Of a DNA stretch of 64,000 bases, positions 1 through 11,090 are shown piece after piece. The stretch lies in NCBI RefSeq assembly GCF_001194135.2, contig NC_068987.1:24236581-24300580 (forward strand), in the 5' to 3' direction. Within the stretch, counting starts at the first letter, position 1; every line of letters starts with the position of its first letter. Below the pieces are notes generated by a model. The model did not search any database. It was not told where the DNA came from and saw only the letters and a list, made by a program, of their open reading frames with translations. This stretch comes from Octopus bimaculoides. Its lineage: Eukaryota. The translations under genes were made by a program, and so were the position numbers.

Positions 1-1
1 A

Positions 2-493
2 TGTGATATCTGTGGGAAAACATTCCCTCGTAAAAATACTTTGACTATTCACAAACGTACTCACACAGGGGAGAAACCATACCACTGTGATATATGTAGT
101 AAAACATTTTCTTGTAATAGTGACTTGACTGTTCACAAACGTATTCACACAGGTGAGAAACCATACCATTGTGATATCTGCGGTACAACATTTTCTCGTA
201 ATGATAAATTAACTATTCACAAACGTAGCCATACAGGTGAGAAGCCATTTTCCTGTGATATCTGTGGTAAAACATTCTCTCAGAAGCCTAGTTTAACTTC
301 TCATATACTTACTCACACAGGTGAGAAACAGTACCCTTGTGATATCTGTAGTAAAAGTTTTTCTACAAATTCTAATTTAACTATTCACAAACGTATTCAT
401 ACAGGTGAGAAACCATACCATTGTGATATTTGTGGTAAAAAGTTTTCTCGCAATTTTCATTTGACTAGACACATAAGCATTCACACAATTTAA
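2..493 (+). CDS. C2H2 zinc-finger protein, 3' part (5' end lies outside the window); 6 fingers visible
   Basis: Open frame from nt 2 (tgt gat atc tgt = CDIC) to TAA at 491-493; six C-x2-C-x12-H-x3-H units joined by TGEKP/TGEKQ linkers. Confidence 0.93.
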   Translation, partial: CDICGKTFPRKNTLTIHKRTHTGEKPYHCDICSKTFSCNSDLTVHKRIHTGEKPYHCDICGTTFSRNDKLTIHKRSHTGEKPFSCDICGKTFSQKPSLTSHILTHTGEKQYPCDICSKSFSTNSNLTIHKRIHTGEKPYHCDICGKKFSRNFHLTRHISIHTI

Positions 494-726
494 AAACTAT
501 AATACTATAAAATCTGATAATTCAGTTTCTAATGATGGTAAATCGACTGTTCATATACCTACCTACACAAGTAAGAAACCTTCGTTTCTTACCTGTGAGT
601 TGCTTTGTGAAAATATTCCCTTAATTGTTCATATATAACTTGAGAATTGATACCACAGGGAATTCTGTGGTCAAACAGTCTCTCAGAATGTTAATTTGAC
701 TTGATAGACATATTTACATCATCCAT

Positions 727-1110
727 ATCATCATTGTTATTGTTTCAATGCCAGATTTACCATGCTTTCATGGGTCATATCGAATTCATTGATCAAATTT
801 TCTATGGCTGGATGCCCTTGTTTTCACTAACCCTCACCTGTTAGTATTTCATCATGGCTGGACATGTTTTCATGGAAGATTGGAAATGAAAGACACCACT
901 TGTATGATAGTAGTGCTTGTTTGTAATTGACACCAAATGTCCAGACAAGTAGAGACACACACATATGCATATGTAAATATATAATAATCTTCCAGTTTCT
1001 AACTACCAAATCCACTCATAAGGCTATCGTAGGTTTGGAGTTATAGGAGAAAACACCTGCTCAATGTGTCGCAGTGGGACTGAACCCAAAACCACCGTGT
1101 AATAAATCAA
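727..1110 (-). mobile_element. tRNA-derived SINE (octopus CORE-type), diverged
   Basis: Reverse complement gives a tRNA-like head (gggttcagtcccactg), a core homologous to other copies, a (CA) tract and a (gat)n tail; homologous to 1438-1830 and 8682-9010. Confidence 0.75.
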
Positions 1111-1437
1111 ACCATTGAGTAAGCATTTCCCTGATATCTATGGTTAAGTTATTTGAAAGATTAGGTTGGTTAATCACAAATTAATCCACTCAGGTAAAAA
1201 AGCAAACCCTTGAATTCTATGGGTATACATTGCCTCAGAATGCTCATTCAGTACATGATATATTCATGTATATAATAACCAAACCAATGTGAGATTTGAG
1301 GGAAAACATTATCTCAGTACTAATTTAATTAGTCACAAATATACTTAAAACTCAAACTTCATTGAAAAATATTATCACAAAATTATATCAAACCACAGAA
1401 AAGTAGTTGGGGAGATGTACTTCAGTAGAATATTTAT

Positions 1438-1830
1438 CATCATCATCGCTTAATGTCCACTTTCCCATGCTTATATGGGTCAAATAGAACTTGTTGAGGC
1501 AGATGCTCTTCCTGTCGCCAACCCTCACTTGTTTCCAAGCAAGGTAATAATTTCCCCGTAGCCAGACATGTTTTCAAGGAAGACTGGAAATGAAGGACAC
1601 CCTTTGTATGCTGGTGACACTTGTCTACAACCATTGTGATGTCCAAACAAGTGGACACTAACACACACACACACACATTTATGATAGACTTTCAGTTTCC
1701 ATGTACCAAATGCACTCACATGGCTTTGGTTGACTCAGGGCTATAGAAGAGACACTTGCCCATGGTGCCATGCAATGGGACTGAACCCAAAACCATGTAG
1801 TTAGAAAGTAAATTAAATTACATGGCTCCC
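1438..1830 (-). mobile_element. tRNA-derived SINE with RTE-like 3' tail
   Basis: gacacttgcccatggtgccatgcaatgggactgaaccc head/core; catcatc tail resembling the RTE 3' tail at 40090-40250. Confidence 0.8.
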
Positions 1831-2549
1831 ACCCTCTGGGAAAATGGCTAATGTGAGAATTTATGCATTTTGATTGTGAAATACTATATCATTTCAGAAA
1901 TTTTTGTCATATTTGTAATTTTATTGGAAAATTACAAATACACAGCTGTCATATTTAGCATCAATTATTCTTATAAGTTTGTCATGCAACACATCTCTAG
2001 GGGTGAGAACCTTTTTGAAAACATCCACACACTGATCTTTTCTTCTCATTAAAATATATATTTTATATTTTTCAAGTGATTAAATTTTAACTTTTATGAA
2101 AGACAGTAATTTCAATTTAATTATTTAAACCTTGTCTCAGAATCTGCATTTTATACACACACACAGAGTTTTAAAATTAGCATTAGAAATATTTGGTTGA
2201 TATGTTTCCTAATTATTTATTTGAGAATGATTTGATTACAAACTCACAATTATCAGTTTTGCTGCTACGAGCATTTAAAAATTCATTGTAAGTGCTTTTT
2301 TCTGTGATTTAATAATACTGGAATTATGTTTGGTGGGTGCTTATGTTCATAGCTGCCTTTTATTCTCTATTAGAGTTTGCCAAAATATATTATCCTCTAT
2401 TTAAGACACATACAAAAACAGTAGAAATAATGAGTTGCAGTTAACTTGGCAAAGGCAGAGGTCAAGAAACTAAATTTACCTCAGTTATAAAGACTGTGAG
2501 AACTTCTATAATTTCTGTTTATATATATCAGAAAAGGATCAAAAGCCCT

Positions 2550-2735
2550 TCATGAGCCATAAGCTCATAAGGCTAGTTTCCCAGATTCTATTGCGTATAC
2601 ATTCCCCACTGGATGGACACCAGTCCATTGCAGGGTTTCTCATTTTAGCAGTTGAGTGGACTAGCACAATATGAAATGTGTTTTGCTCAAGATTCTAATG
2701 CATTGCCCACTCCAGTGATTGAAATCACGATAAGT
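2550..2735 (-). mobile_element. SINE fragment, second family
   Basis: ccccactggatggacaccagtccattgcaggg...gttgagtggactagcacaatatgaaatgtgttttgctcaaga resembles central domains of metazoan SINEs; family not determined. Confidence 0.5.
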
Positions 2736-2841
2736 TTTCTTAGATACCAATTCAATTAATAAACATTAAAAGCTGATTGAGCAACTACTTTTAAACTAAG
2801 TGTATAGTTGGATGAAATGGTGATTGTAATGGAACAAAATA

Positions 2842-3732
2842 TAGGTGGGCAGGGCAATAAGGAATATTTACTGCATTTTTGATTTTAAGAAAAAAGAATT
2901 TTTTACAAATGTTCGTTACCTTACAAAAACTGTATCAGCTAAGCAAATGTCATTCTCTATATGCATTAAAAAAATTTTCATAAAATTATCGCCATTCTCT
3001 TTGAGCTTATAAAAGACAAATTCAGCTGGGACAAAATGAATAAGCCAAGATAAGTCAAATTTGCGTCTTCAGTTTTCCAGAATAACATTTGTAAAACGAT
3101 TTATATATGTCAATATTCTTAAACATCAGAAAGATCAGAAATGCTGCAAAATTTTAAAATATTTAAGTCATGAAACTGGATCATGGAAAAATGGTACCTG
3201 ATATGGAATTAACAAAACTTGACTAAATCTAAAAGTTCAACATAAGATATTCTCTATAACTTCACAATCTGCTTGAGTGGCTCTCTTCCCAATACATTTA
3301 CACATCAGGAAATTAAAGAAAATAAATTATTGAAATTAGTCATCACTCATTTTGCTCCATTTTAGACATCATCTTTTGAAAATTATTAAATTAAACATTA
3401 GTGTAGAAAAAATTGATTTGGAATCCAACAGAGAAAAGAATATTGATTGTTAGGCACCAAAAATTATCCAAGTATTTTATTAGGAACCTCAATTACAACT
3501 GGCTCAAATTTGAGGAAAAATTTCTTGAAAAAAAAAGTACCTGACTTTGTTTCAAATTCTCAACTTCAGCAACAACTATGCTGACCAGTTTTTACTCCCA
3601 AGGATAATGCAACAGTACAAAATGATGATGCAATACTTGCAATGTAATGGTTTCAAACAGGTAAGGGGAAAATAACGAGAAATCAGAAATTACGCATTTT
3701 ACCCCAGTTACCAATCTTGCCCACAACCACCG
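2842..3732 (+). mobile_element. Non-autonomous DNA-transposon-like repeat (GGGGCAAAATGAGTAA-motif family), copy 1
   Basis: Collinear with 53450-54555 (+) and partly with 39110-39432 (-); internal and terminal ggg(a/g)caaaatga motifs shared with the pogo-like relics at 40290-41120. Confidence 0.7.
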
Positions 3733-3869
3733 CAATTAAGAATGAAGTGAAGATGATTTAGAACATAAAAATAAATCGGAACCCGAGCATGGCCTCAGAC
3801 TCTGGCCAAAAGAATCATAGTTCAGTTTTAATTTAAAAGTGAGAAAGATATAATAAAAGTCTTCAAGCT

Positions 3870-4460
3870 GATTCATCATCATCTGGTCAAGCTTGCTTGG
3901 ACATTTTTAACCCATGCACACCATCTATCTTGGTCCTGCATTAGTTGAGGAAGGCATTCAGTGTCGCTGGTGAGTTGATCTACATACATTGTATTCAGAC
4001 CAACTCAAGTACGATCAGCACCTGTTTAGCTCACTAGCAATGACCTGCAAAGTACAAGCAGATCTCCATACAGCTGTTTATTGGCGAGATGTGTTCCCCA
4101 AGATATGTTTAAGACTGCTCTTAATATTTGGGTGTAAGTTCCATCTAACTTGGATGCCAGTTTCTCAATAAGCATCGGGCTGTTGCTCCATATAAAAGGA
4201 CTGAGTCTACTATTTATTGGAAAAAATTCCTCCTAAAGTTGTCTGACACGGTTGATTTTTCAGATAACATCCAGTTTGTTTAAGGTCAACCATGCTTTGG
4301 CTGTCCATGTTTTTACATCCTCTTCAGTTGAGGCTTTCTCAGAACGGATGTGCATGAAATCATCAACTTGACTGATAGTATCTCTGCTGCTTTTGGTGAT
4401 GGATCCTTGTTGAACAGTGCCTTAAACACTGAGTCTTACAATACTTTTGAAGGAGTGAAC
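3870..4460 (-). mobile_element. RTE-clade LINE, 3' fragment
   Basis: Minus-strand frames give QVDDF...KAWLTLNKLD, VDSVLLYGA, KLDGTYTQILRAVLNISW...LYGDL, ending in a (gat)n tail. Confidence 0.75.
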
Positions 4461-4950
4461 AGTGACCACAAAATTTCGTCCTGTCTCACATACAACTGGT
4501 CAGTTTTAACGAACAACAGTGACCATAAAATTTCATCTTGACTTGCATATGACTAGTCAGTTTTAACAAACAACAGAGAAATCTGCAATCAATACACCAT
4601 AGCAGTTAGAAACAGATTTGAGCTACTACAAAATGAAATTAAAGAAAACCCCTACAACACAGCATACAATAATTTTGTAATGTGTCACACAGAAGTTGCA
4701 AAAAAAAAAAAAGGCCATCAGACTAAGAACTAACAAACGACTTCCCTAGGATGACCTAGAGAAAGCACCTCCAAGCTAACAAGCACAATACTGATGAGAA
4801 ACCTCAATACTTTTAGTCTATGCTGCTAACATTATTTATATATCTAACTCTTGCTAACAATATAAGTAGCATACTCTGCTTAGGCATTAGAAACCACGAA
4901 AGAAAAGAAACAAGGACTTATAGAAAACCTGCAACTAAGAGATAAATTTG
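4458..4950 (+). mobile_element. RTE-clade LINE, endonuclease-RT linker fragment
   Basis: NWSVLTNNREICNQYTIAVRNRFELLQNE...YNNFVMCHTEVA, typical of the RTE inter-domain linker; begins with a 57-bp tandem duplication. Confidence 0.6.
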
Positions 4951-5820
4951 TTTGTCAGATCTGAATTGAGCATAGCTGATTTAATTAGAAATAGTGGTCC
5001 ACTTGTGTATACCAGAAAAAGTTATTCGCTGCATAACAAATTCGGTGTTGAAATTTTTATTTAGTTAACTGTAGAATTACTTCCCCTGACAATTTTCTTA
5101 ATTCCATATTCCGTTCACTTGCTGCAGTTGTTTGATGTAAATTGATATTCTTTTGTCAGTTTTAGTAGACTAAAACTGCTACATAGTTGGATCAAACTAA
5201 ATATAGTTGATTGGTATTTAACTGAGTATGGTTTCTTTATTACGTTGAGCCAAAAATGGAAATCAAGTTTTGTTGTAGAATCCTGAAGCTGTTATTGTTC
5301 ACTTAGCACTTAGGTTGTTAATGCTTAAGCAAATGTAACATCTTCCATATGAAGTCTATATTAATATTTATACCCATCAATATTGTTGACATGTCATTTC
5401 TCATGCGTCTGTTTGCTTTGATATTGCTTATAATTAAAATAAAAGAAAGAAGCTGAAAGAACACAAAATGAATTTTACGAAACTAATTGTTATGACATCA
5501 CACGAGATTCTCGTGGACCAAGGTTGCCGTTATCCTCTCCTACTTTATTAATTCTGCACTTCATAACAAAACATGAAAGTTCATAGAAAATAAAGAAAAA
5601 AGCAGAAATTGCAGTGAATTGATTTTGTGTTGAGGTATGAAATGTCTAATGTCTCGAATATTCGTCTTACTTCGTATAGAAAGAATATAGAGGCTAATAC
5701 CACGATCACAGGCAGACAAGGCAAACTGCTACGCTTAGGAATTTTTATGGATTAACTTTTGCCAACACAGACCACTACCACCAACAGCACCATTCCCTTG
5801 GATTTAAGATCTTAGCTTCT

Positions 5821-5836
5821 CATAAAATATGGCGGA
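5821..5836 (+). promoter_or_regulatory. YY1-type motif (AANATGGCG), candidate TSS-proximal element of the transposase/ZNF unit
   Basis: aaatatggcggac in a locally CpG-richer stretch, followed by a possible donor aaa|gtgaga near 5889. Confidence 0.35.
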
Positions 5837-6017
5837 CATTGGGAATTGAACCCCTCCTCTCTGACAAAACTTATTGCTTCTCGTTAAAGTGAGAGCGTTT
5901 CGTTATTTTTGTTAGATAATACATTTTTCTTAGTAAAATGAAAAATTAGTATTAATTTGCTTTCTTCATATATGTATGTATATATATGTGTGTGTATATA
6001 TATATAGAGAGAGACGC

Positions 6018-6140
6018 TTATTATAATCACGGATTATATTATCAAAGGTTATTGTCATCAAAATCAAACTTTTCTAAATACTTTATTTAATGTCAAGTAA
6101 AGAGTTATTCACTTATTGCTCTAGAGATTGTTATCAAAAT
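6018..6140 (+). repeat. Sub-terminal repeats of the pogo element's left end (TTAT(T/A)(G/A/T)TNATCA)
   Basis: ttattataatca (6018), ttatattatca (6034), ttattgtcatca (6049), attgttatca (~6127); no mirror set found to the right of the ORF. Confidence 0.45.
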
Positions 6141-6258
6141 TTTCAGTTAATCTGTTTTCGTTGACATTTGTCAGAGGCCAAACAAAGTTGTGATATTGAT
6201 ATTTATTTATATTGTTTCCTAATTAAATAAAGTGAGCATAGGCGACTATTAAAACATC

Positions 6259-7800
6259 ATGATGAAAGAGGTAAATAAGAAACGTAAAGATTTGTCTTTA
6301 CAAGAAAAACTAAACATATTGGGGTGTTATGATAAGTTACCCAAAATGAGCCAGCGCAGTGCTGCTGTTTACTTGAATATTTCCCAACCACTTTTGTGTA
6401 AGATTTTAAAAAACAGATCTAGTATTGAAAAATTAGCACTTTCTAATGAGAACATAGATCGTAAGAGAGTACGGTCTGGCAAAGATAGTCAAATTGAGTC
6501 AGCATTGAAAATTTGGTTTGGCAATGTTCGTGAAAAGAATACAACAATTAATGGCCCGCTAATGCGCCAAAAGGCAGAAGAGTTTGCAAAAGAAATGGGT
6601 AAAACAAATTTCACACCAACTGAAGGTTGGTTTAACAGATGGAAAAGACGAGAGAATATTGTATACAAGCGTGTTCATGGCGAGGGGAAAAGGGCTAATG
6701 TTTCATCAGCTGAAATGTGGATTAAGACAGAATGGCCAAAAATTATTGCTGAATATTCTCCGGAAGATATTTACAATGCAGACGAAACAGGGATTTATTT
6801 TCGAGCAATGCCGGAACATACTTATTCGTTAAAAAATGAAAATGCCAAAGGATTTAAATGTTCAAAAGAGCAAGTGACAGTTCTATGTTGCGCTAATATG
6901 AAAGGACAGAAACGAGAGCTTGTGGTTATTGGAAAAAGTAAAAATCCTGTGTGTTTTAAAGGTGTCAAAAGTTTACCTGTTCGTTACTGTTCAAATGCTA
7001 ATGCTTGGATGACTACAGATATTTTTAACAACTGGTTACTTATGTGGGATTTGGAATTAAAGCGAAAAATTGTACTGTTAGTTGACAATTGTTTGGCACA
7101 TAGAAATAATTTGTCATTAAAAAACATCAAATTAATTTTATTACCTTCAGATACTACATCATTAATTCAACCATGTGACCAAGGCATCACACGAGCTTTA
7201 AAAGCTTATTATCGTAGAGAAATTTGTATAAGAATTTTACCTGAAATTGATGATAGTCAAAGCCAGTCGGATGTAAATGCAATCGCAAAACAGATTTCCC
7301 TTCTTGATGTATTGCATATGCTAGCAATGTCATGGGACCAAGTATCAGTGAAGACTATTGAAAACTGTTTCAAAAAAAGTGGATTTTGTAAAGCAAACAC
7401 AGAAACCCTTGTTAACAATGAATTAGAACTTATTACAAATGAAATTCTTGACAGAAACCCAGATGACATGCAAAAAGAAGAGTTTGACTATTGGTTGGCT
7501 ATCGATGACAAAGTGGAATTGGAGGCTACAATGACAGTGTCAGAAATATGCCAGGCTGTTACAGATACAGATTCTAAATTAGAAGAGAATGAGCTAAATC
7601 CAGAAGAAGAAATTCCAGAGATTCCAACCAATGCTCAGATGCGAGAAGCTCTAAAAATACTTCGTCGTGGTGTGCAACATCGATCAGCAGAATTTCAAAA
7701 GCAGTATGAGTATGAGCGGTTTGTTAATGAACTACTAAATGTAAACAGTATGCACAATCAACAATGGGTAAGTTTTTTTTTTTCTTCTTTAAATAAATAA
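6259..7800 (+). CDS. pogo/Tigger-family (TIGD4/6-like) transposase, 513 aa: HTH_psq, CENP-B HTH and DDE_1 with an intact DD30D triad
   Basis: Uninterrupted ORF with EGWFNRWKRR, YNADETG (D1), LLVDNC (D2) and IQPCDQG (D3); 30 residues between D2 and D3. Confidence 0.95.
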   Translation: MMKEVNKKRKDLSLQEKLNILGCYDKLPKMSQRSAAVYLNISQPLLCKILKNRSSIEKLALSNENIDRKRVRSGKDSQIESALKIWFGNVREKNTTINGPLMRQKAEEFAKEMGKTNFTPTEGWFNRWKRRENIVYKRVHGEGKRANVSSAEMWIKTEWPKIIAEYSPEDIYNADETGIYFRAMPEHTYSLKNENAKGFKCSKEQVTVLCCANMKGQKRELVVIGKSKNPVCFKGVKSLPVRYCSNANAWMTTDIFNNWLLMWDLELKRKIVLLVDNCLAHRNNLSLKNIKLILLPSDTTSLIQPCDQGITRALKAYYRREICIRILPEIDDSQSQSDVNAIAKQISLLDVLHMLAMSWDQVSVKTIENCFKKSGFCKANTETLVNNELELITNEILDRNPDDMQKEEFDYWLAIDDKVELEATMTVSEICQAVTDTDSKLEENELNPEEEIPEIPTNAQMREALKILRRGVQHRSAEFQKQYEYERFVNELLNVNSMHNQQWVSFFFSSLNK

Positions 7801-7812
7801 TTGTTAATAATA

Positions 7813-8075
7813 AGTGGTGGGTGGGTGGTTAAGAAGTTTGCTTCCCAACTACATGGTTTCAAGTTCAACCCCACTACATGGCATCAAGTTCAACCCCACT
7901 ACATGGCATCTTGGGCAAATGTCTTCTGCTATAGCCTTGTGAGTAGATATGGTAGATAAAAACTGAAAGAAGTCCATCGTTTATACACACACATACATAT
8001 GTCCATGTGTATATGGGTCTCCTCTTCACATCACATGCTAGTTATAAATGTGTGTCACTCATTTGCTGTGAAAAC
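7813..8075 (+). mobile_element. tRNA/CORE-type SINE 5' part with an internal 24-25 bp duplication
   Basis: ggttaagaagtttgcttcccaactacatgg head; aagttcaaccccactacatggcatc present twice; ttgggcaaatgtcttctgctatagcc core. Confidence 0.8.
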
Positions 8076-8084
8076 ATTCTTTTA

Positions 8085-8492
8085 CTTTTTTCAGTCATTT
8101 GACTGTAGCCATGCTGGAGCACCACCTTTGGTCAAACAAATCAACCCCCAGGACTTATTCTTTGTAAGCCTAGTACTTATTCTATTGGTCTTTTTTGACA
8201 AACCACTAAGTTACAGGGACATAAACACACCAACATTGGTTGTCAAGTGATAGTGGGGGAACAAATACAGACAGACAAACATATTTATCAGGCTGTTGCT
8301 GATGCAGATTCTAAATTAGAAGAGAATGAACTGAAGAAATTCCAACCAATGCTCAGGTGCCAAATCCACTCACAAGGCTTTGGTTGGCCTGAGGCTATAG
8401 TAGAAGACACTTGCCCAAGGTGCCACAGATAAGACTGAACCTGGAACCATGTGGTTGAAAAGCAAGCTTCTTACCATACAGCCATGCCTGTG
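8085..8492 (-). mobile_element. tRNA/CORE-type SINE interrupted by a 72-nt transposase fragment
   Basis: 3' half at 8085-8275 and 5' half at 8361-8492 are reverse complements of 8682-9010; 8289-8360 matches 7552-7642. Confidence 0.8.
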
Positions 8493-8681
8493 CTTATCTA
8501 CCATGTAGAAATATTATCTTGCTTGGAAACAAGTGAGGATTGGCAACAGGAAGGGCATTCAACTGTAGAAAATTTGCTTCCACAAACACTGTCCAACCCA
8601 TGGAAGAGTGGATAGTTAAACAATAATGTCAGTTTCCAATTCATTTAAATAATAATTTGAAGTTAATTAATTTCATATCCT

Positions 8682-9010
8682 GGCATGGGTGTGTGGTAAG
8701 AAGCTTGCTTCCCATTCACATGGTTCCGGGTTCAGTCCCATTGTGTGGTTCCTTGAGTGTGATGTCAACCAAAGCCTTGTGAGTGGATTATGTATGTATA
8801 TTTATGTGTTTTTGTCTTTGTGTTTGTCTTCCCACCATCGCTTGACAACCGATGTCAGTGTGTTTACGTCCCAATAACTGAGTGGTTTGGCAAAGAAACT
8901 GATAGAATAAGTACTAGGCTTACAAAGAATAACTCCTAGGGTTGATTTCTTTCACTAAAACCCTTTAAGGCAGTGCTCCAGCATGGCTACTGTCAACTGA
9001 CTGAAACGAG
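8682..9010 (+). mobile_element. tRNA/CORE-type SINE, near full length
   Basis: A-box/B-box-like head (gtgtggtaagaagcttgcttccc...ccgggttcagtccca), (TG) spacer, ccaccatcgcttgacaaccgatg...ggtgctccagcatgg 3' part. Confidence 0.85.
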
Positions 9011-9914
9011 GAAGTTCTCATTACTTTTATCCTCTGCTGCAGAGGTTGAGTTTTGTGATGTCTGCCTAAAACATGGTGTCAGAAAGGGATGAATATTTCA
9101 TGCATATATAGACAAATTGTTGAGATAGAAGATTAATAGTAACTTTATAGCAAGCTATCAGAGTATGAGAATCTTGTGGTACTTTGATGTCATAACATCA
9201 TTTTTACTTAAAGTTAAGATAGAGGCTTTTATAAATCTTTACAAAAAGTAATGCCTAAGTTTTGTTACAAACACAGAGTCTTGTATTTCTATTGAACTTA
9301 TCTATGCAATAATGCAGGTTATGAAATTCTTGTAATTCTTTGTGTTGTATTCTGTTATATCTTTGTATTGAAATGTGTTTCATTTTTTTTACTGTCTCTT
9401 AATTTTAGTGTGTCTGGTATTACTGAAGTGATCATTTCTCACGCAAGTTACATCAACAGATCCATGAAGAATCCAAAAAAATTGAAGAACTGATTTAATA
9501 ATGAAGACATCACAGTGGTTATCTAAGTTAATGAAAGTGATTTGAAATAAATCTCCTGAGTGATATTGCAATGGAAACACTTGAAAAAGCCATTATTATA
9601 TAATGTGTTACATATCTGGATATATTTTGATAAGTGGAGCAAATGCAGTTATGTTTGAATTGATTAGCTTTAATTACAAAATTAAAATCTGAGGGAATAA
9701 ATTTATCCCTTAATATATTTGAAAATATTTATTTATACTTGAGACATAACTACAAATATTTTCAAATATTCATTATTTGAAGAGAAAATAGACTGTATTA
9801 TAATCTGTAAGTTTTGATCTCATGATCTTGTGCTCAATAGTCTAGCACATTAATCGCAGTGTCATTTGCCTTATAAAACATTATATTTGTGTTCTATGAA
9901 CAACAAATCACATT

Positions 9915-11090
9915 ATGGAGGAGAGGCTGCACGAGAATCAGGTTTATAAGGAAACACAAAGGGAAAATAATGAAATTTCCTTACCAAACTGAGGAAGACG
10001 AAGAGAAGAAATTATATGTCTGTGATATCAAGGGAAAGACATTTAGAAAATGTAAGGACATCAATGAACTCAAATCACTTCACACAAGTTCAAATATTTA
10101 CTTTTGTAAAGTTTGCTCTAAAGATTTCATTATAAATGGTTCTTTGTCAGTGCACAAATACACTTACATAACTAAGAAACCACAGCACTATTAACTGCAG
10201 TAAGGCATACTCTTGGAGTGATTATTTGACAAGTCACAAACATATTCACACAGGTAAGAAAGCATACTGTTGTATTTGTGGTTAAACATTTTCCTCAATG
10301 TTTACTCAAGTGAGAAATCTTGTCTGTGCTATGTGGTAAAACATTCTTTCTTAATTGTGAATGTTCATGGGTGTAAGTCATACAGATGTGAAATTATACC
10401 ACTGTTCTTTATAAAAAAAAAAAACTCTGGTTAAGATCACTTGACAAGTCACAACATACACATACAGATGAGAAACAGTATCACTGATATCTGGTATAAA
10501 ATTCTCTCAATAATACCTGACTGATTGCAAATGTACTCGTGCAAGGGAGAAACCATACTATTGTAATGTCTATTATAAAATATTCATTTGTAGCAGTGAA
10601 TTGATTATTCACAAACATAATCACACAGCTGAGAAACCATGTCACTATGATATATGTGGAAAAAATATTCCTTCAGAAATCTTAACTCCCCATATAAATA
10701 TTGATACAGACAAGAAAATGTACCTTTGTGATATCTTTTAGATATTCTGGTCTAACTCCTCATACATGTGAGAAACCTTACCACTGTGATGTCTATAGAG
10801 AAAATTTTTAGACATATCTATAGTCTCACTCATTTATGTTAGGAACTGAACCATTGTGATGTTCATGGTAAAACATTCTCTTATATTAGAAATATAAACT
10901 AGTCACAAACAAATCTCCTCAGATAAGAAATCATAGCCTTGAATTCTGTAGTCAAACATTCTTTAAGAATGCTTACCCAACTCATATACAGATTAGTACG
11001 TTAAATAAACCAAACCATTGTGCTGTCTTTTATAAAACATTATCTCAAAATACTGATTTAATTGGTCACAATTTACTCAAGAAACTGAAA
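9915..11090 (+). pseudogene. Decayed C2H2-ZNF array, paralog of the 61008 gene
   Basis: Starts atggaggagaggctgcacgagaatcaggtttat (MEERLHENQVY vs MEERLCKNQVY at 61008); many frameshifted or stop-containing finger relics ([19 protein letters not shown], gagaaaccatactattgt). Confidence 0.88.

Noticed and set aside
8682-8760. tRNA-like A/B boxes in SINE heads
   Set aside because: No complete cloverleaf; each continues into the SINE body, so these are not tRNA genes.
6259-10194. Transposase-zinc finger fusion protein
   Set aside because: Splicing 7767 to 9409 stops after five codons and the finger array is frameshifted, so no fusion protein is encoded now.
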